A DNA stretch of 64,000 bases from Lama guanicoe (taxonomy: Eukaryota). Positions 23,520-36,448 of this stretch are shown here, piece by piece; within the stretch, counting starts at the first letter, position 1; every line of letters begins with the position of its first letter. The DNA is taken from NCBI GenBank assembly GCA_013239625.1, contig MU053482.1:2891168-2955167 (forward strand), read 5' to 3'. A program made the position numbers and the translations under genes. The notes beneath the pieces are model-generated. The model worked only from the letters and a program-made list of their open reading frames with translations, searched no databases and was not told the DNA's origin.

Positions 23520-25449
23520 TGGAGAATGGGTTATGAAAAAATCTTGAACAAGATTCAGAGGGCTTTCCAGTTGGTGATCACACTGAGGTGCTGGGAGGGT
23601 GGCACGCCCAGAGAGGGCATGGGAGCGCCACACCACTCCCTTCGCCCAGACCTTGCCCCATGCATCTCTTTCATTTGGCTGTTGTTTCCTTTACGATAAA
23701 CCAGTAAACATATTTTCCTGAGTTCAGTGAGTTATTCTAAATAATCACTGAACCTAAGGAGGGGGTTATGGGCACCCCCCCAAATTTATAGCTGGTTGCT
23801 CAGATTCCCCTGGGAATTGCAACAGGCATCTGAAAGGGGGCAGTCTGGTGGGCTGAGCCCTTAAGTGTGGGGTCTGTGCTACCTCTGGGGTGGTAGTGTC
23901 AGAACGGGGTGAACTGCTGGGTACTTAGCCGGTGTGGGAGAACTGGAGTGGGAAAATGACATGCATTTGGTAAGAGAAGTGGTGTCAGAAAAAAGAACAC
24001 ACTGGTCCAAACAGATGTGCTGTAGTGCAAAATAGACACTGGATTTTGTGGACTCAGCATGAACGAAGATATAAAATATTTCATTAATAATTTTCTGTAT
24101 TGATTACATGTTGAAATAATGTTTGATAGATAAAGGTAAACAATGTATTATTGAAAATAAGATAAAATGTTATGAACTGAACTTCATCTATTTCTTTTTA
24201 CTTGAAAAAAGATCTACCAGTGCCTCGCATTATGTATCTATTTGATAGTGCTGTCCGAGCCCTATCTCCGTCACAATGCTGCTTTATTCTCGGCTTAATT
24301 CATAGCTCTGGTTGAGGCTGCTGTTGCTGAGGGCATTTCCTGGTTATCAGCTTGAGATCTTGAGATTGTTCAGAATTTCCTTACAGACGATGGGGTTACT
24401 TAACTCTTAAAAGAACTCCTAATGAAATATCTATAAATGTCAGTTTTCATTCAAAAGCAAACCAGTTGGACTATTAACAGTTAAAGCTCTAGCCCTGGCG
24501 TGAGGACACTGAGTGGACAGATTTGGGGCCTGAGAAAAAGAACCTGGGCTGAAGGGTTCTGGGGAGTGGGTCCTGCACTCACGTGCTCCCTTGGGTCGGC
24601 ATCTTTCAAGAACCCAGGCGTGAGAGACTTTGTCACAGGAGCCGCAGGTCAGGGTGCCAGGCTTCTTCCTTGGAACCCAGTGCCCTTCTCCCTCTCACAG
24701 CTCAGACCTGAGGAACGAAGGGCGTCCTGACACTTGTGCTCAGCTCCCAATCCCAGTTTTCCTCCTGACTGACTCTCAGGGACACACAGGGCAGAACTGC
24801 AGGTTCCAGAGCCAGCCATTAGGAGGAGAGTCCTGGGATTAATGAAGGCCTGAGTCACATGAGCCCTCTGGACTGAGGAAATCTGAGGGAGGGGGACGTT
24901 AGTGCCTCACCTCGGGGGCTCTTCCTGACTAGTTCAGAGGTTCACCCCTGAGATGAGAACTTGCATTCTGTTGGCTCCACACTGAGATGTAGCTAGGTTC
25001 CCAAGGTAAACTCCAAGGGCTTACCTAGAGGGAGTGTTGTCTGGAACTGAAATCACTGATCCTTTGTTTTTGCTGTTCAACAATTTCCTGAAGCAGGAAA
25101 ACCTGCTACCAAACGAGTTCAGTTCCCCTGCTGAAATTATCACAAACTGCCACACGCCTTAAGTGGTAAAACTGTGACCTGGAAGAGGCAGTGAACTTAA
25201 CCAACTTCACACAGCTCACTGGAGGCACAGGGTGGGCGTGGCGGCCTCAGGTCTCTTAACCTAAATTCTGCAGCCATGTGTCCAGAACCCAGAAGCTCAG
25301 GCCAGCATGTCCAGTGTCCCTGGTACTTCCTGAGCAAAGGGCAGTAATGACATTAATAGAACCAAGGCAGGAAATGGGCTATGCTGTGTTTTACCCTTGA
25401 ACTTTTAGTCCCGTGTATGAATCATAAATGTTGCCTCCTGAGTGCTACG

Positions 25450-27125
25450 TACTGCACAATGAACTTTATTTCAGTAAATAAAGGATGCTTTTTCTTAAGA
25501 AATAAATTTAATTCAAGGTGGTTAGTGAATGCAAGGCATGTGGTGCCTTCATGAAAGTTAAAAGAATCCAGTTACAAAAGAAGCACTGTGTAGTCTCAAA
25601 TTGCTAAAGGTACAATGGACTTCATATTTTACAAAGTACAAAAAATTATTTCATATACAAAGAAAAATACAAATAATGTGCAAAAACCATTTTCACAGGT
25701 GGCAATTTATAAAATGAAAATGATAGAAAAATCCTTCATTCTTATTATCCTCTAATTTCTTATATATTAACACAGTTCTATTTCCTAGCTTGTAGATAAT
25801 TTTAAATTTGAAAATCTGATTTATTTTTAACCTACAAAGAAAAAGTGGCTTTTTATTTTTTAAAAAGGGAACCATTTTATTACTGGAATCTTATGAATGA
25901 ATCAATTAACTTTATATTAAATTATAAGCAGACTATCTGAAAAACAAGGATATAGAAATCATATATACATATTTTTGAAATATTAGTTTGGTATTTAACA
26001 TATTAACATTACAAAACAATGCAATGATGTAGCTACCTAGGACTCCAGTTGGCCACAGTGGCTTTCACAGAGAAGCTGTTTCTGTTGACTGTGAACAAAC
26101 TGGAATCTTAAGCTGAACAAACACAGGTTATCAAAATTAATGAAAGTCTAAAGAGGTCCTTACTGTTCGCATGCGGAGGGTGCTGTTTGGGGATCCAGTC
26201 ACGCCGCAGTGCGACCATGGTCTACACGGCCTCGTCACAGGGGTCGTGTGGTCTCTGGCTTCTGTCTTTCCAACATCTTCACTTAGGAATTCAGTGCAAG
26301 TGTCCGTTTTGTGGGTTAGTGCATTCAGCTTTTGCATGTTATTTTGTGTAAGAAGCTGTCAGGGCGCAGAAAAATACATGGGAACACAACGTCCTGGATC
26401 CTCAGGGCACCTTTGGCCTAGAAAATTTAGTGTTGTAGAAGCAGTATTTCCCTGCATTGGTCTGGTCATTGCTGCATCATTCCCTGGACAGTCTTTCCCA
26501 TCAGGATGATCTTGTGTGGCCCCTGCCCACCTTGCCTGCCACAGAGCACTGATGGGTCTTGCTGTGAACCCTAGTGGCCGAGCAGGGGTTATGGAAGCAC
26601 CTTTGACAGCACCAGAGAACTGAGCATCTCTAAGGTCAGGCAGTAAGAATAGGAGCCTCTGACGGGAAACCTATTCTGCACAGGATGGAAGATAATCTTG
26701 GAGAGTTTTGATTTTTGATGTCAGAAAGCTCTCCAAGGAAATTATGACCTTGGAGAGCAAAAAGGATCCAGCTTTCAGGAAGGACCCTGGTGGGTAGCCA
26801 CTTTGCCTAGGGGATGGATGACAGTTGGCTCAGGAAGCATTCTTCTGATCCCTAACCACAAAGACCCTGTTAGAACAATCAAGTGCAAGATACAGGGCGG
26901 GCCGGGGGCTCTTGACAGACCTGTGTGACACAGCCACTCAGGCTAAGCAGATGTAGCAACTGCTGAACGAAGGGAACGGGTAACTCTGGGCAGGAAACCT
27001 CAGGCCGAAGGATGACTCATCTGAACCGAGCAGGACGCCGTCAGCTCCGCCGGGGTTCATGTGCTGCTTCTCTATTTGGCAGCATGAGCCCTCCCCCTAT
27101 CTCCTGCCTGGGTTGACCATGGGCT
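25450..27125 (-). other. SBF2: SBF2 3' UTR (~1.7 kb; end approximate)
   Basis: Follows the stop codon; no recognisable repeat; AU-rich distal half with UGUA motifs and poly(A) signals. Confidence 0.75.
25465..25470 (-). terminator. Candidate distal poly(A) signal AATAAA of SBF2 (ATTAAA also at 25507-25512)
   Basis: tttatt on the + strand at the end of the AU-rich UTR, with several UGUA motifs upstream at ~25570-25670. Confidence 0.7.
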
Positions 27126-27257
<132 letters not shown>

Positions 27258-28189
27258 CTATTCTATGGCTTTGGGCAAGTGGCAAAGCGGTCCCTGTGCC
27301 GGTCCCTCACTGCATCGCCCCAGAATCCCTGTTATTTTCTCTGCCCTCCACTACCATACTGTCATTACCTTTATAGTCACTTTACCTTCCTTGTCCCCAG
27401 AGTCACAGAGGGTTTTAACAGAAGGGCCTGGCAGAGGAGACAGACATACTGGAAGAGCCACACTTTGCATCTTCCCAGGGCCTTGGGAGAGTCCAAAATG
27501 GCTGGAGTCTCCAGCCCTACCATGCACTGTGCCAATGCAGCACAGGCTCCAGGAAGACTGAGATTCATCCATACCATGCTGGAGGTGGCTTTTCTGTCCC
27601 CTTCTCTAAATCTTCAGTTGGGGCCACACTGGAATCTCACGAGTCAGAGAAATGGCCTCATAGCCTGAGCAGGGCCCTAGAGTATGTATGGCCTGTGCTC
27701 TGAGAGGTCCTGCTGGGCTCTGGGCACTAGATAAGTCCCCTATCATGTGGCCCATAAAATGCCCCAAGGCCCAGCTAAGGGTTGCTGAAGATGTTAGAGT
27801 AGACAGTCATCATGTGTGGTAAGGACAGTGTCCTGTGGAAGGTCAGGCATGAAGACCACTGGGTAAAAAGGGAAGTGACATCTGTTCTCCTTTGTAGGCG
27901 GTGACTGTATAACTAACTGTACTTAACAAGGGGTCTGTCTGCTTCCACATATAATTGAATATCTTTGAGGGACTCTTTTGTGCAAGACAATGCTCAGCCC
28001 TTCTGAGACATGAACAGCTGGGAGAGGTCAGGCTTGGGGATTAAGAGTGCTGAGTTCAAGTTCTGTAGCAATTCCCATAGCTAGAGGGGTCTGTGCAGTC
28101 ACCACCAATTACTCTGAGACCCTATAATTCTTGGAGGTGGATGGATTGTAAGGAATCATGTGCAAACAGAGCAAGGAAAAGTAAGATCA

Positions 28190-28465
<276 letters not shown>

Positions 28466-28521
28466 TTAAAAAATGTGTCAAGTAACAATGGTAAGAAATG
28501 TGTGTAACATAAAAAGGGGGT

Positions 28522-28672
28522 AGAGGTGGGAGGGTATAGCTCATTGGTAGAACATGTGCTTAGAATGCAGGAGGCGCTGGGTTCAATCCCCAGCACATCC
28601 ATTAAAAAACAAACAAACAAACAAACCTAGTTATCCCCCCAAAAAAGAAATTTAAAATTTTTCCTAAAAAAT
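28522..28672 (+). mobile_element. tRNA-derived SINE (camelid type)
   Basis: Head gggagggtatagctcattggtagaa...gggttcaatccccagcac (A and B boxes); (AAAC)n tail; approximate TSD aaaaagggg. Confidence 0.85.
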
Positions 28673-30555
28673 AAAAAAGGGGTTAATGTTTAGAATACAT
28701 ACAGAATTCCTAGAAATTTATAAAATGGTAATAAGCAAGCTAATAGAAAAATGGTCAAAGAATTTCAATTGGCAAGTCACAGGATAAATATGAATGACCT
28801 ATAAACATTTGAAAAGATGAACAACCTAACTGATCAAAGAAAAGTAAATGCAGTCAGTGAGATTTCACTTTTCGCTGAGATTAAGACATTAAAAACAATA
28901 TTCAGGTTGAATGTAAGGCAGCAGGTATTCTCAAACACTGTTAATGGGACTATAATCAGAAACCTTTCAGAGAACAATTTAGCAACAGGAACTAAAATTT
29001 AAAATGTTTATACTTAGCGATGTACCTTTCCCACCTCTAGAAATTTTCCCTACAGAGACACTCCCACAAGCATGCAGAGACACATGTATAAAAAGGTTTC
29101 CTTCAGCACCGCCTTTATCAGCTAACAACTGAAAAGTAGCTGTCTTTCAATGGGGTGTTGGTTAATTAATGAAGGTACATCAAGAATATAGAAAACTATA
29201 CAACTTTTACAAAAATGGTCAGGAAGACCCGTGTGGACTGGTGGGAAAGTATGTTCAAGCTGTATATTTAAAAGCAACTGACTTGACTGAGTGGTTACTA
29301 TGTGTAAGGACTGGACACCACTCTAAGTCTGGACCTCACTCTAACTCACTCTGCAGCAAGTGTCTGGTGCTTCCGTCCCTGGGGTTCAGGCTTCAGACTT
29401 TTCTCCGCCCCTCCCTTCAGGCGTGGTATGAGTAGGACTAAGTGAAAACTGTATACCTTCTGTGTTAAATCTAAAAGGTTGGTAAAAATGCAAATATAAT
29501 TTGATATAATTGTAAATTACATCAAAATTATGCCATTCTCTTATATTATAGTTAGTGGTTTAATGGAATTCTACTATACAGTGTAGGCTCTATGATTTCA
29601 GAGAAAATGTTTCAAAGTCTAGCCTCCTGAAAAGGTCTTTCTTCTATTGTATATTTGTAAAAAATTCTCTGTATTCTTCCACAAAGACTCTGTGTAACCT
29701 TTATGAAGCTCCTTGAGCAGAGGGAAAGGTAGTCCCCGTATAGTCTTCATCCTGAAGTTTTCCAGATGCAGGTCCAACAAGAGCATTGTATAGGGGTAAT
29801 AGTTCATATCTTTCTCAACAGATTCCATTTTGGAGATAAATGCACTGAGAATCTTGGCATCTCAGGCTGCCTCAAGGCTGACTGGTCAGGTGCAAGGTAG
29901 AGTGAGGTCTGGGGTCAGAACGTGGAGGCCACGTGACTCTCACTAGTGAAGGGTGCACAGGGGCTGGAGGTTTGGGTAGGGATCCTCCCCACTGAGATGA
30001 CCGGAGCAAAGATTATGACGCTAAGGACTGGGGGCAATGCTATAGCAATAGCAAAGACTAACAACGGGCAAAAGAAAAGATTTGATAACATAATCTGTGA
30101 GGTCCTGTCTAGTACCCGCCCACTGTGAATTCCAGGTTTGGGTGGGCACATCCCCTGCTGCCTGTTTTGGGGCCCCCTCCCTCCTCCGTTGCTGTCATCT
30201 TTGGGGGATAATGGTGCTTTCCTCAGTACCAAGTACAGTGATAGACACAGAGAAGGTGTTCAGTAAATGTTTATCGAATAAATTACTGCCCTCGGTTTTG
30301 AATGGATACTTTATGCAGCAAACATGAAGTGATCTGTATTCTGGGGAATGTTCACAGGGCAGGCTCTGTATGTGCATGTGGTATGTAACACACTGAAAAT
30401 CTCACTTCTCCTGGCCTGGGTTTTAAGAGCAGGCAGCAGGAGATATATGAGTATTAAAAAACAGAGTTCTATTGCTCTTAATGCTCTGGGCTCAACAGTC
30501 CCTGCCTCCGCCTGCGTACACCTGCACCCTCTCAGGAGGCTACCACCCTTACTCA

Positions 30556-30819
<264 letters not shown>

Positions 30820-31453
30820 TTAAAAAGTGCTATAAAGGGGATGTCCGTAGTTTTTGTTGGTTAAGTCTCTGTTTCCCCCAGATGATCCAAAAGAGATCGA
30901 TGAGAGCTCCCCCTAGAATTTCTCTACTGGACCTTTGGGGAGAGACTGCCTCTTTCTGCTGGAATTACCAAACTTGTGAGGTTTGGAGCTCTCAGTAGCC
31001 ATCTTTTGTGCCACGCTGGGGTTCATGCAGCCCATAGGAGAAAGCAGAGCTGAAGATACTGTGTAAAAAACTGGCACTTCCTTGGCCTTCCCAGTGTATG
31101 GGAGTAAATTCCTTCTGCTTGGGCCAGTGTGAGCTGCATTTCTGATGTCTGCCACTGAAAAAGTACTAAAACATACTCCCTCAAAAGACCTGGCAGACAT
31201 GAGGTAATAACAATCAGGACGCAACCACAAATAACTATGACCTCTTGGCATTCTTTCAGTTGTAATTCTGACTTTTCCTCTTCAAAGAACCATCTAACAC
31301 ACTTAAAACAGAAACAAAGAATTAAAGCAGATCTATTTTAAGTTGTAGAAGGCAGCACTGCACAGGCCGAGCTTATTAAAGGGCCTGTGGTGTGGCTGCA
31401 GGCAAGGCGGGGAGGGCCTTTTCAGAACACCGAGCAGGGCTCAGCGTGCCCAC

Positions 31454-31647
31454 CTGTTCTCATCGCTCCTGGATGTGTACTGGCTGTACAGCGTGGCTGC
31501 TCGCCGGTCCACTCCATTGGATGGGGAGATGCCGGTACTCTGCTCCTCCCCCGGGCTGCTGTCTGGGAGGTGCAGCACAGACCTCTTCTGATAGGAAGGG
31601 AGGTTGGTAGACACAATTCCTGGGGAGCCTGAAGGGTGTCTCTGGGG
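31454..31647 (-). CDS. SBF2: SBF2 coding exon, 194 nt, [22 protein letters not shown]...[11 protein letters not shown](R)
   Basis: Acceptor ttttctttctcag|CCC, donor AG|gtgggc; phase 2 joins the next exon. Confidence 0.93.
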
Positions 31648-31759
31648 CTGAGAAAGAAAAGGGGCTAGGAAAGCTTTACAAAGACTTCAAGTAATTGACC
31701 TGATAATTTCATTTCTAAAAATTTACCTCTAGGAAAAAACTGGACCAATAAGAAAAATA

Positions 31760-31890
31760 TATATAATACAGGGAACTATATTCAATATCTTATAAAACCT
31801 ATAATGAGAAATGTGAAAAAAATAACAATCAAAATGCTGTATGTACATCAGAAACTAACACAACATTAAATCAACTATACTTAAAAAAAG
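31760..31890 (+). mobile_element. Short L1 3'-end fragment
   Basis: cagggaactatattcaatatctt...gaaactaacacaacattaaatcaactatactt plus A tail; flanked by gaaaaatatat on both sides. Confidence 0.7.
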
Positions 31891-32019
31891 GAAAAATATA
31901 TGTAAAAAGATGTTTATTACTTGAGTTTATAACAGTAAAAAATTGGAAATTACTATCATTGGACTGGTTAAAAAAAAGGGTATTTCCATACAACAGACAG
32001 CCAGCCATTAAAAATGTTG

Positions 32020-32413
32020 CTGCTGAAGCACTATTTACAACAGCCAAGGGGTTGAAACAACCCAAATGTCCATCAACAGATGACTGGATACAGAAGATGT
32101 GGTATGTATATACAACGGAATACTGTGCACAAGAATACAATAATGCCATTTGCAGCAACATGGATGGACCTGGAGATCACTGTTCTAAGTGAAGTAAGCC
32201 AGAAAGAGAAAAAAATACCATACAATATTGCTTATATGTGGAATCTAAAAAAAAGGGACACAAATAAGCTACTTACTAGATGATTGATTCCATGAATATG
32301 TGTAAGCACGTTTGACTGTCCTTTATGACTGGATTACTGCACTCTGTTGATTCTTAGTGGTTGGCTTTATTCCTTTGATAACTATGTAAGTTTGAAAAGC
32401 TAAAGCCCTAAAC
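32020..32413 (+). mobile_element. L1 ORF2-end/3' UTR fragment with a non-canonical 3' extension
   Basis: ORF2 end ALFTTAKGLKQPKCPSTDDWIQKMW; segment 32277-32413 is homologous to ~20460-20602 in reverse orientation. Confidence 0.85.
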
Positions 32414-33651
32414 AATGAACAGTGTATATATACATATTAAATAATGATGTAGATAGATTACATTGGCCTAGAGAAATGTTCACATACGTCTTAGGTGAAA
32501 AAGTAGATGACAAAATAATATACATAATGGGATCTCCTTTTTGTTAAAAAATAACTGCAATGCTGCATAAGAAAAATCAAGAGGTACAACAACAAAAATG
32601 TTGCTGCTGATTTATAGTGACAAATGGAAGGACATGTATACCACATATTAAGTAAAAAAGCAGGTTTTAAAACTGCATGTATACACTAACTTCCCTTTTA
32701 TATGTGTGTTTAGAATTATAAAACAAGCTTGAAAGCATAGTGGTTTATTTCTAGGTTATAAATGGTGGGTGATTTATGTCTTTATTTTGTAACTTTCTGT
32801 GTATTGTCTTATTTAAAATAATAAATATATCTTATTTTATAATCAGAAAAAAAATCAAGAAACCATTTTTCTGAGGATAAAAGCAGTAAAAGACATCCCC
32901 TACCTGTGGCCTGTCTGATAAAAGCTCCTGAATTGCCACCTGAAGGCAAGAGACAGCGACCGGAGGACTCCTCCTTACCACATCAGAGGCCTTCTTTTAC
33001 ACTCCATTCTCCTCGACCCCTCTGTGACAGCTGGCCCCTGCTGACCTCTCCTTTCCTGCAGTGCTCTTCAGAACACTCATCTGTCCTAACTTCCTTTCTG
33101 TTGCATTTGGAGTCAGTCTGACATGGGTCTGACGGGTGACTGTTGCAAGCATTAGCTGTGTGATCTCTGTGTCTGCCCCTCATGTTTGAGATGGGACACG
33201 ACTCCCTCACTGGGGGTTAAATAGGACGCAAAGTGTGTGTGGTGCTCAGCACAGTCCCTTCCACATAAAGGAGCACATTTTGGTGTTTTAAAATATTTCA
33301 TTTTCTCTGATTATTTCTCTGGAATAAACAAGGTCCTGGCACTGCCCTCTTTCCTCATGTGGTAGAAGATCAGCTGAAACCACAGGGGCGCTGAGATAGA
33401 AAAGAACCCAGTAATTTTCCCTGGATTTGGGGCCCTGGAACATAAGTATTATGTCACTGTGGTAAAGTGAGACACTCAGAAAGCATTCAGTCATTTGGAA
33501 CTTTCTGCCCTAGACCCTCAGGGAATGACCCCTCCCTTTCCACCTTTCCCTTTGGCCATAAGTCCCCTAGGTTATCTGTGGCAGGGCCCCACCTGACCTA
33601 GCACCCTCAAAAAACTCAGAAGTAGCTCTTCAAAGGGCTTTGCCAACTCAC

Positions 33652-33756
33652 ACGGTCTGCTCTGGGCTCTTCTTTAAGGTCCACGATTATTCTTTCCCAC
33701 AGCTGCTGCCACTTCTCAGGGGTTTGGTTCAATTTATGCTCCAATCTTTCAATTTC
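33652..33756 (-). CDS. SBF2: SBF2 coding exon, 105 nt, [35 protein letters not shown] (coiled-coil region)
   Basis: Acceptor actttgcag|GAA, donor CGT|gtgagt; read manually. Confidence 0.94.
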
Positions 33757-33779
33757 CTGCAAAGTAATTAAAAGGAATT

Positions 33780-33872
33780 TATTATTTATTTTTTAAATGT
33801 AGGTACTGAGTAATGAACCCAGGACCTCAGGCATGCTAAGCACACACTCTACCACTGAGCTATACCCTCCCT
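33780..33872 (-). mobile_element. tRNA-derived SINE (camelid type)
   Basis: Reverse complement reads gggagggtatagctcagtggtagagtgtgtgcttagcatgcctgaggtcctgggttca. Confidence 0.85.
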
Positions 33873-34945
33873 CCACCAGGAGTTTTCTGACAGATACGCA
33901 TTTCATAGAGATCAGGATGTGCCCTGGAGCCACACCTCCTCTGTACTGGGCCCAGATGAAGAGCATGACCGGAGGGCAGTTAAAGACAGCTGTAAGCCGG
34001 GGGCCTCAGAGGTCTCCCAAGCCAGGGACAGTGGAGCGAGCCTTAGCTGGTGTGATACGCTGTGGCAAAGATGATTAGGATCTGTAACCAGGCCTTTTTG
34101 TACAGACGGCTTAAACAGACAGATGAAATGTGTATCCCAAACACCTTCATCTTTGGCCAGCCCATAGGAAATCTGATGGCCATAGCAAAAGGTCAAGCAC
34201 TGGGCTGCTGCCAAAGCCTAACACTGAGGTAGATGTGAAGTCTGTCCTTGACAGAGGAACCCCTCAACTCTAATGATTCAAACCAGATGTAGAGAGAATG
34301 AACCAAGGAATGCCCGAGGAATGGGGTTTCCCCCAGACAGGGAAGCTGGAGACCAGAGCAGCAGCCTCTGTGACGGTGCTTTCACAGAGCGTACGCCTCC
34401 TGGTCAGAAAACCAGATGGAGAAGACTCTTCAGGAATTGTTTGGCCCATAGCAAGGCTCAAACCCTTCTCTCAGGGCTGCTGCTCTCATCAGGGTGGCTG
34501 CTGCCAGAACGGCTTCACTCCAGGATATTCCTTGTAGAAGATGGTTGGCTGTATTCCCATCAGGCCATCAGCTACCCACACTTCTGACCAGAGGAAGTAA
34601 AGCACCCACAAAAGCCATAACCCACGCCTGACTCAGGCTGCTCGGCCAGCTCAAGCAGCTGGGAAGCTGCAAACTGATCCATCTGCTCGAATGCTTCCTT
34701 ACTGCTGGAAAACTCACTTTTGTCAAGCCTCTTTTCCAGTACCTAAGCCTGGTCCCCCATTGAGGCTGGGGAGCAAATCTGGGGTCCTCATACTCCTTCA
34801 GTGCTATGTCTGATGCCAGCCCAGAGTAAGGAGAGTCATGCCTACAAGTTTGTGAACCAGTTTCAAACTTAGCCTGGTTCCTGAGGCCTCGCGTGCCTCC
34901 AGGGCCCTGGTGCCTCAGGAGCGTGCGTACGCACGGCTGACTTAC

Positions 34946-35179
34946 GGTGAGAAGGCTGGTGAGAGCGTCGGGCTGCACACAGCTGACATCATCGTAGCAC
35001 GGCCACACGGTTCTCCTCTGGCTCTGGGGCCCGGCTCCTCTGGCCAGCTCCGAGTCCTCGGAGGGGAGCTGTGTGGGGGTCAGCATCATCCAGTCATACG
35101 AAGGCCCCGCGGAGAGGGTCTCCTCTATGTAGTAGTCCCACTTCTTGAGACTGGAAACGTTTACATTGGGCTTCAGGGC
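34946..35179 (-). CDS. SBF2: SBF2 coding exon, 234 nt, [10 protein letters not shown]...PDALTSLLT
   Basis: Acceptor tttaaacag|GCC, donor ACC|gtaagt; 78 codons. Confidence 0.95.
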
Positions 35180-36320
35180 CTGTTTAAAGAAAATTCTGAT
35201 ACGTAGTTTCATCTTGACCTCAAAGTGCCCCAAGCTTACTGGGAGGACAGCCCCTAATGTTGCAGGGTTCGGGGAAAGAGTAAGAACAGAGGTTATTTAA
35301 ACATTACACACCCAGGTAAACTGTTAGAAAAACTCCATTCTAACCTCCTACCTTAACGAATATAACTTCCTAATGACCTGGACGGCCAGGCTTCAACTGA
35401 GAATTCTTGGACTCCTCAGAATTCTACACCAGAAAGTTGTGGCACTGGGGAAGCTGGTCCCAGCTCCCAGTTCTTGGCCTAATCCCCTGCTCCTCTGACC
35501 CAGCTCTGTCCTACATTCAGGGCCTTTAGTGAACATGTGTATATACCCTGACTCATGCAGCTAGACTCTGTCCACTCCCTGTGAAACAGCTGCTTCTCAG
35601 CAGCCCTTTGGGCTTAGGGATATGTTCACTGACTTGGGGAACAGACTTGGAGAAATGGCCTGGTGAGTAACTTGAATTTGGGCAAGGAATTCTGAAGTTC
35701 AAGAGCATGGTCCAGATGAATAAGGGGCATGTAAGTGTGTATCCTTGGTTTCCTGTACTCCTCACCTCACAAGGAGGGCGCATTTGGAGAAAGGCCAGAG
35801 TGGGGCCCTATCGTATGCCCCGGAGTAAGGTGGCCCGCCCTCTCGCAGAGCCTATTTCAGACAGACATGCGTAGCAGAGCATGACTGCCCCTGAGATGTC
35901 ATCCTTCTCGGCTGGGCTCCAAACATCCCTGCTTCCCACAGGGGTTTTTCCATGGCTTTGCTACAAATGGACTTAGGGAAATCTTCTGCAAAGTATTTTA
36001 GATTTTTCAGCTTAGACAATCTGCTGAGGTTTCAAGTTTTGTTTGTTCTTTCTTCCTGGGGAGAGTTGATTTGCTCGACTTTCTTGTTATCCCTTCTATG
36101 TTTTGGGGGCCAGCTTCTAATTTTTGTGGTCAACAATTTGGTAACAGTCTCCATTCCATCAGAACCTAAACCCATAGTGTATCAAACTTTTAAATAGATT
36201 CTGGTATGAAACCTAGTCAAATGTTTATAAAAAGTTTAAACCGCTTATATACACTCAAAGTAAGGAAAACTTTAACACAAAATATTCCAAAAATAAAACA
36301 CAAATGTTTTCTTTCCGTAC

Positions 36321-36448
36321 CTCTATTTCCACTGGTGAATATAAATAATTAAAGAAAATGGGACTTCTCTTGTGCATTCTGTCAATACATTCCCAAATAC
36401 AAACTCCTTTTTTGGCATGCTTATCTCCTTTATCATCAAATAAAGTTC
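36321..36448 (-). CDS. SBF2: SBF2 coding exon, 128 nt, (G)[10 protein letters not shown]...YSPVEIE
   Basis: Acceptor ggatttacag|GA, donor GAG|gtacgg; phase matches both neighbours. Confidence 0.95.

Larger units (their letters stand above)
20062..24001 (+). mobile_element. MER21-like LTR split into 20062-20340 and 23520-24001
   Basis: ttggtcttcgtcctgagttcatggcatagttcctaaaaccct...; gaggtgctgggagggtggcacgccc...gtgtcagaa; flanked by ctagt and ctggt. Confidence 0.7.
20027..24253 (-). mobile_element. MER33/MER3-like DNA transposon split into 20027-20061 and 24002-24253
   Basis: gcactggaaatgtggctagt continues as ctggtccaaacagatgtgctgtagtgcaaaatagacactggattttg...tagtgctg. Confidence 0.7.

Noticed and set aside
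28528..28600. tRNA-like sequence (also at 33800-33872 and 43945-44020)
   Set aside because: These are SINE heads with A-rich tails and TSDs, not tRNA genes
34568..35233. 221-aa ORF
   Set aside because: Only 34946-35179 is exon; the rest is intronic read-through bounded by canonical splice sites
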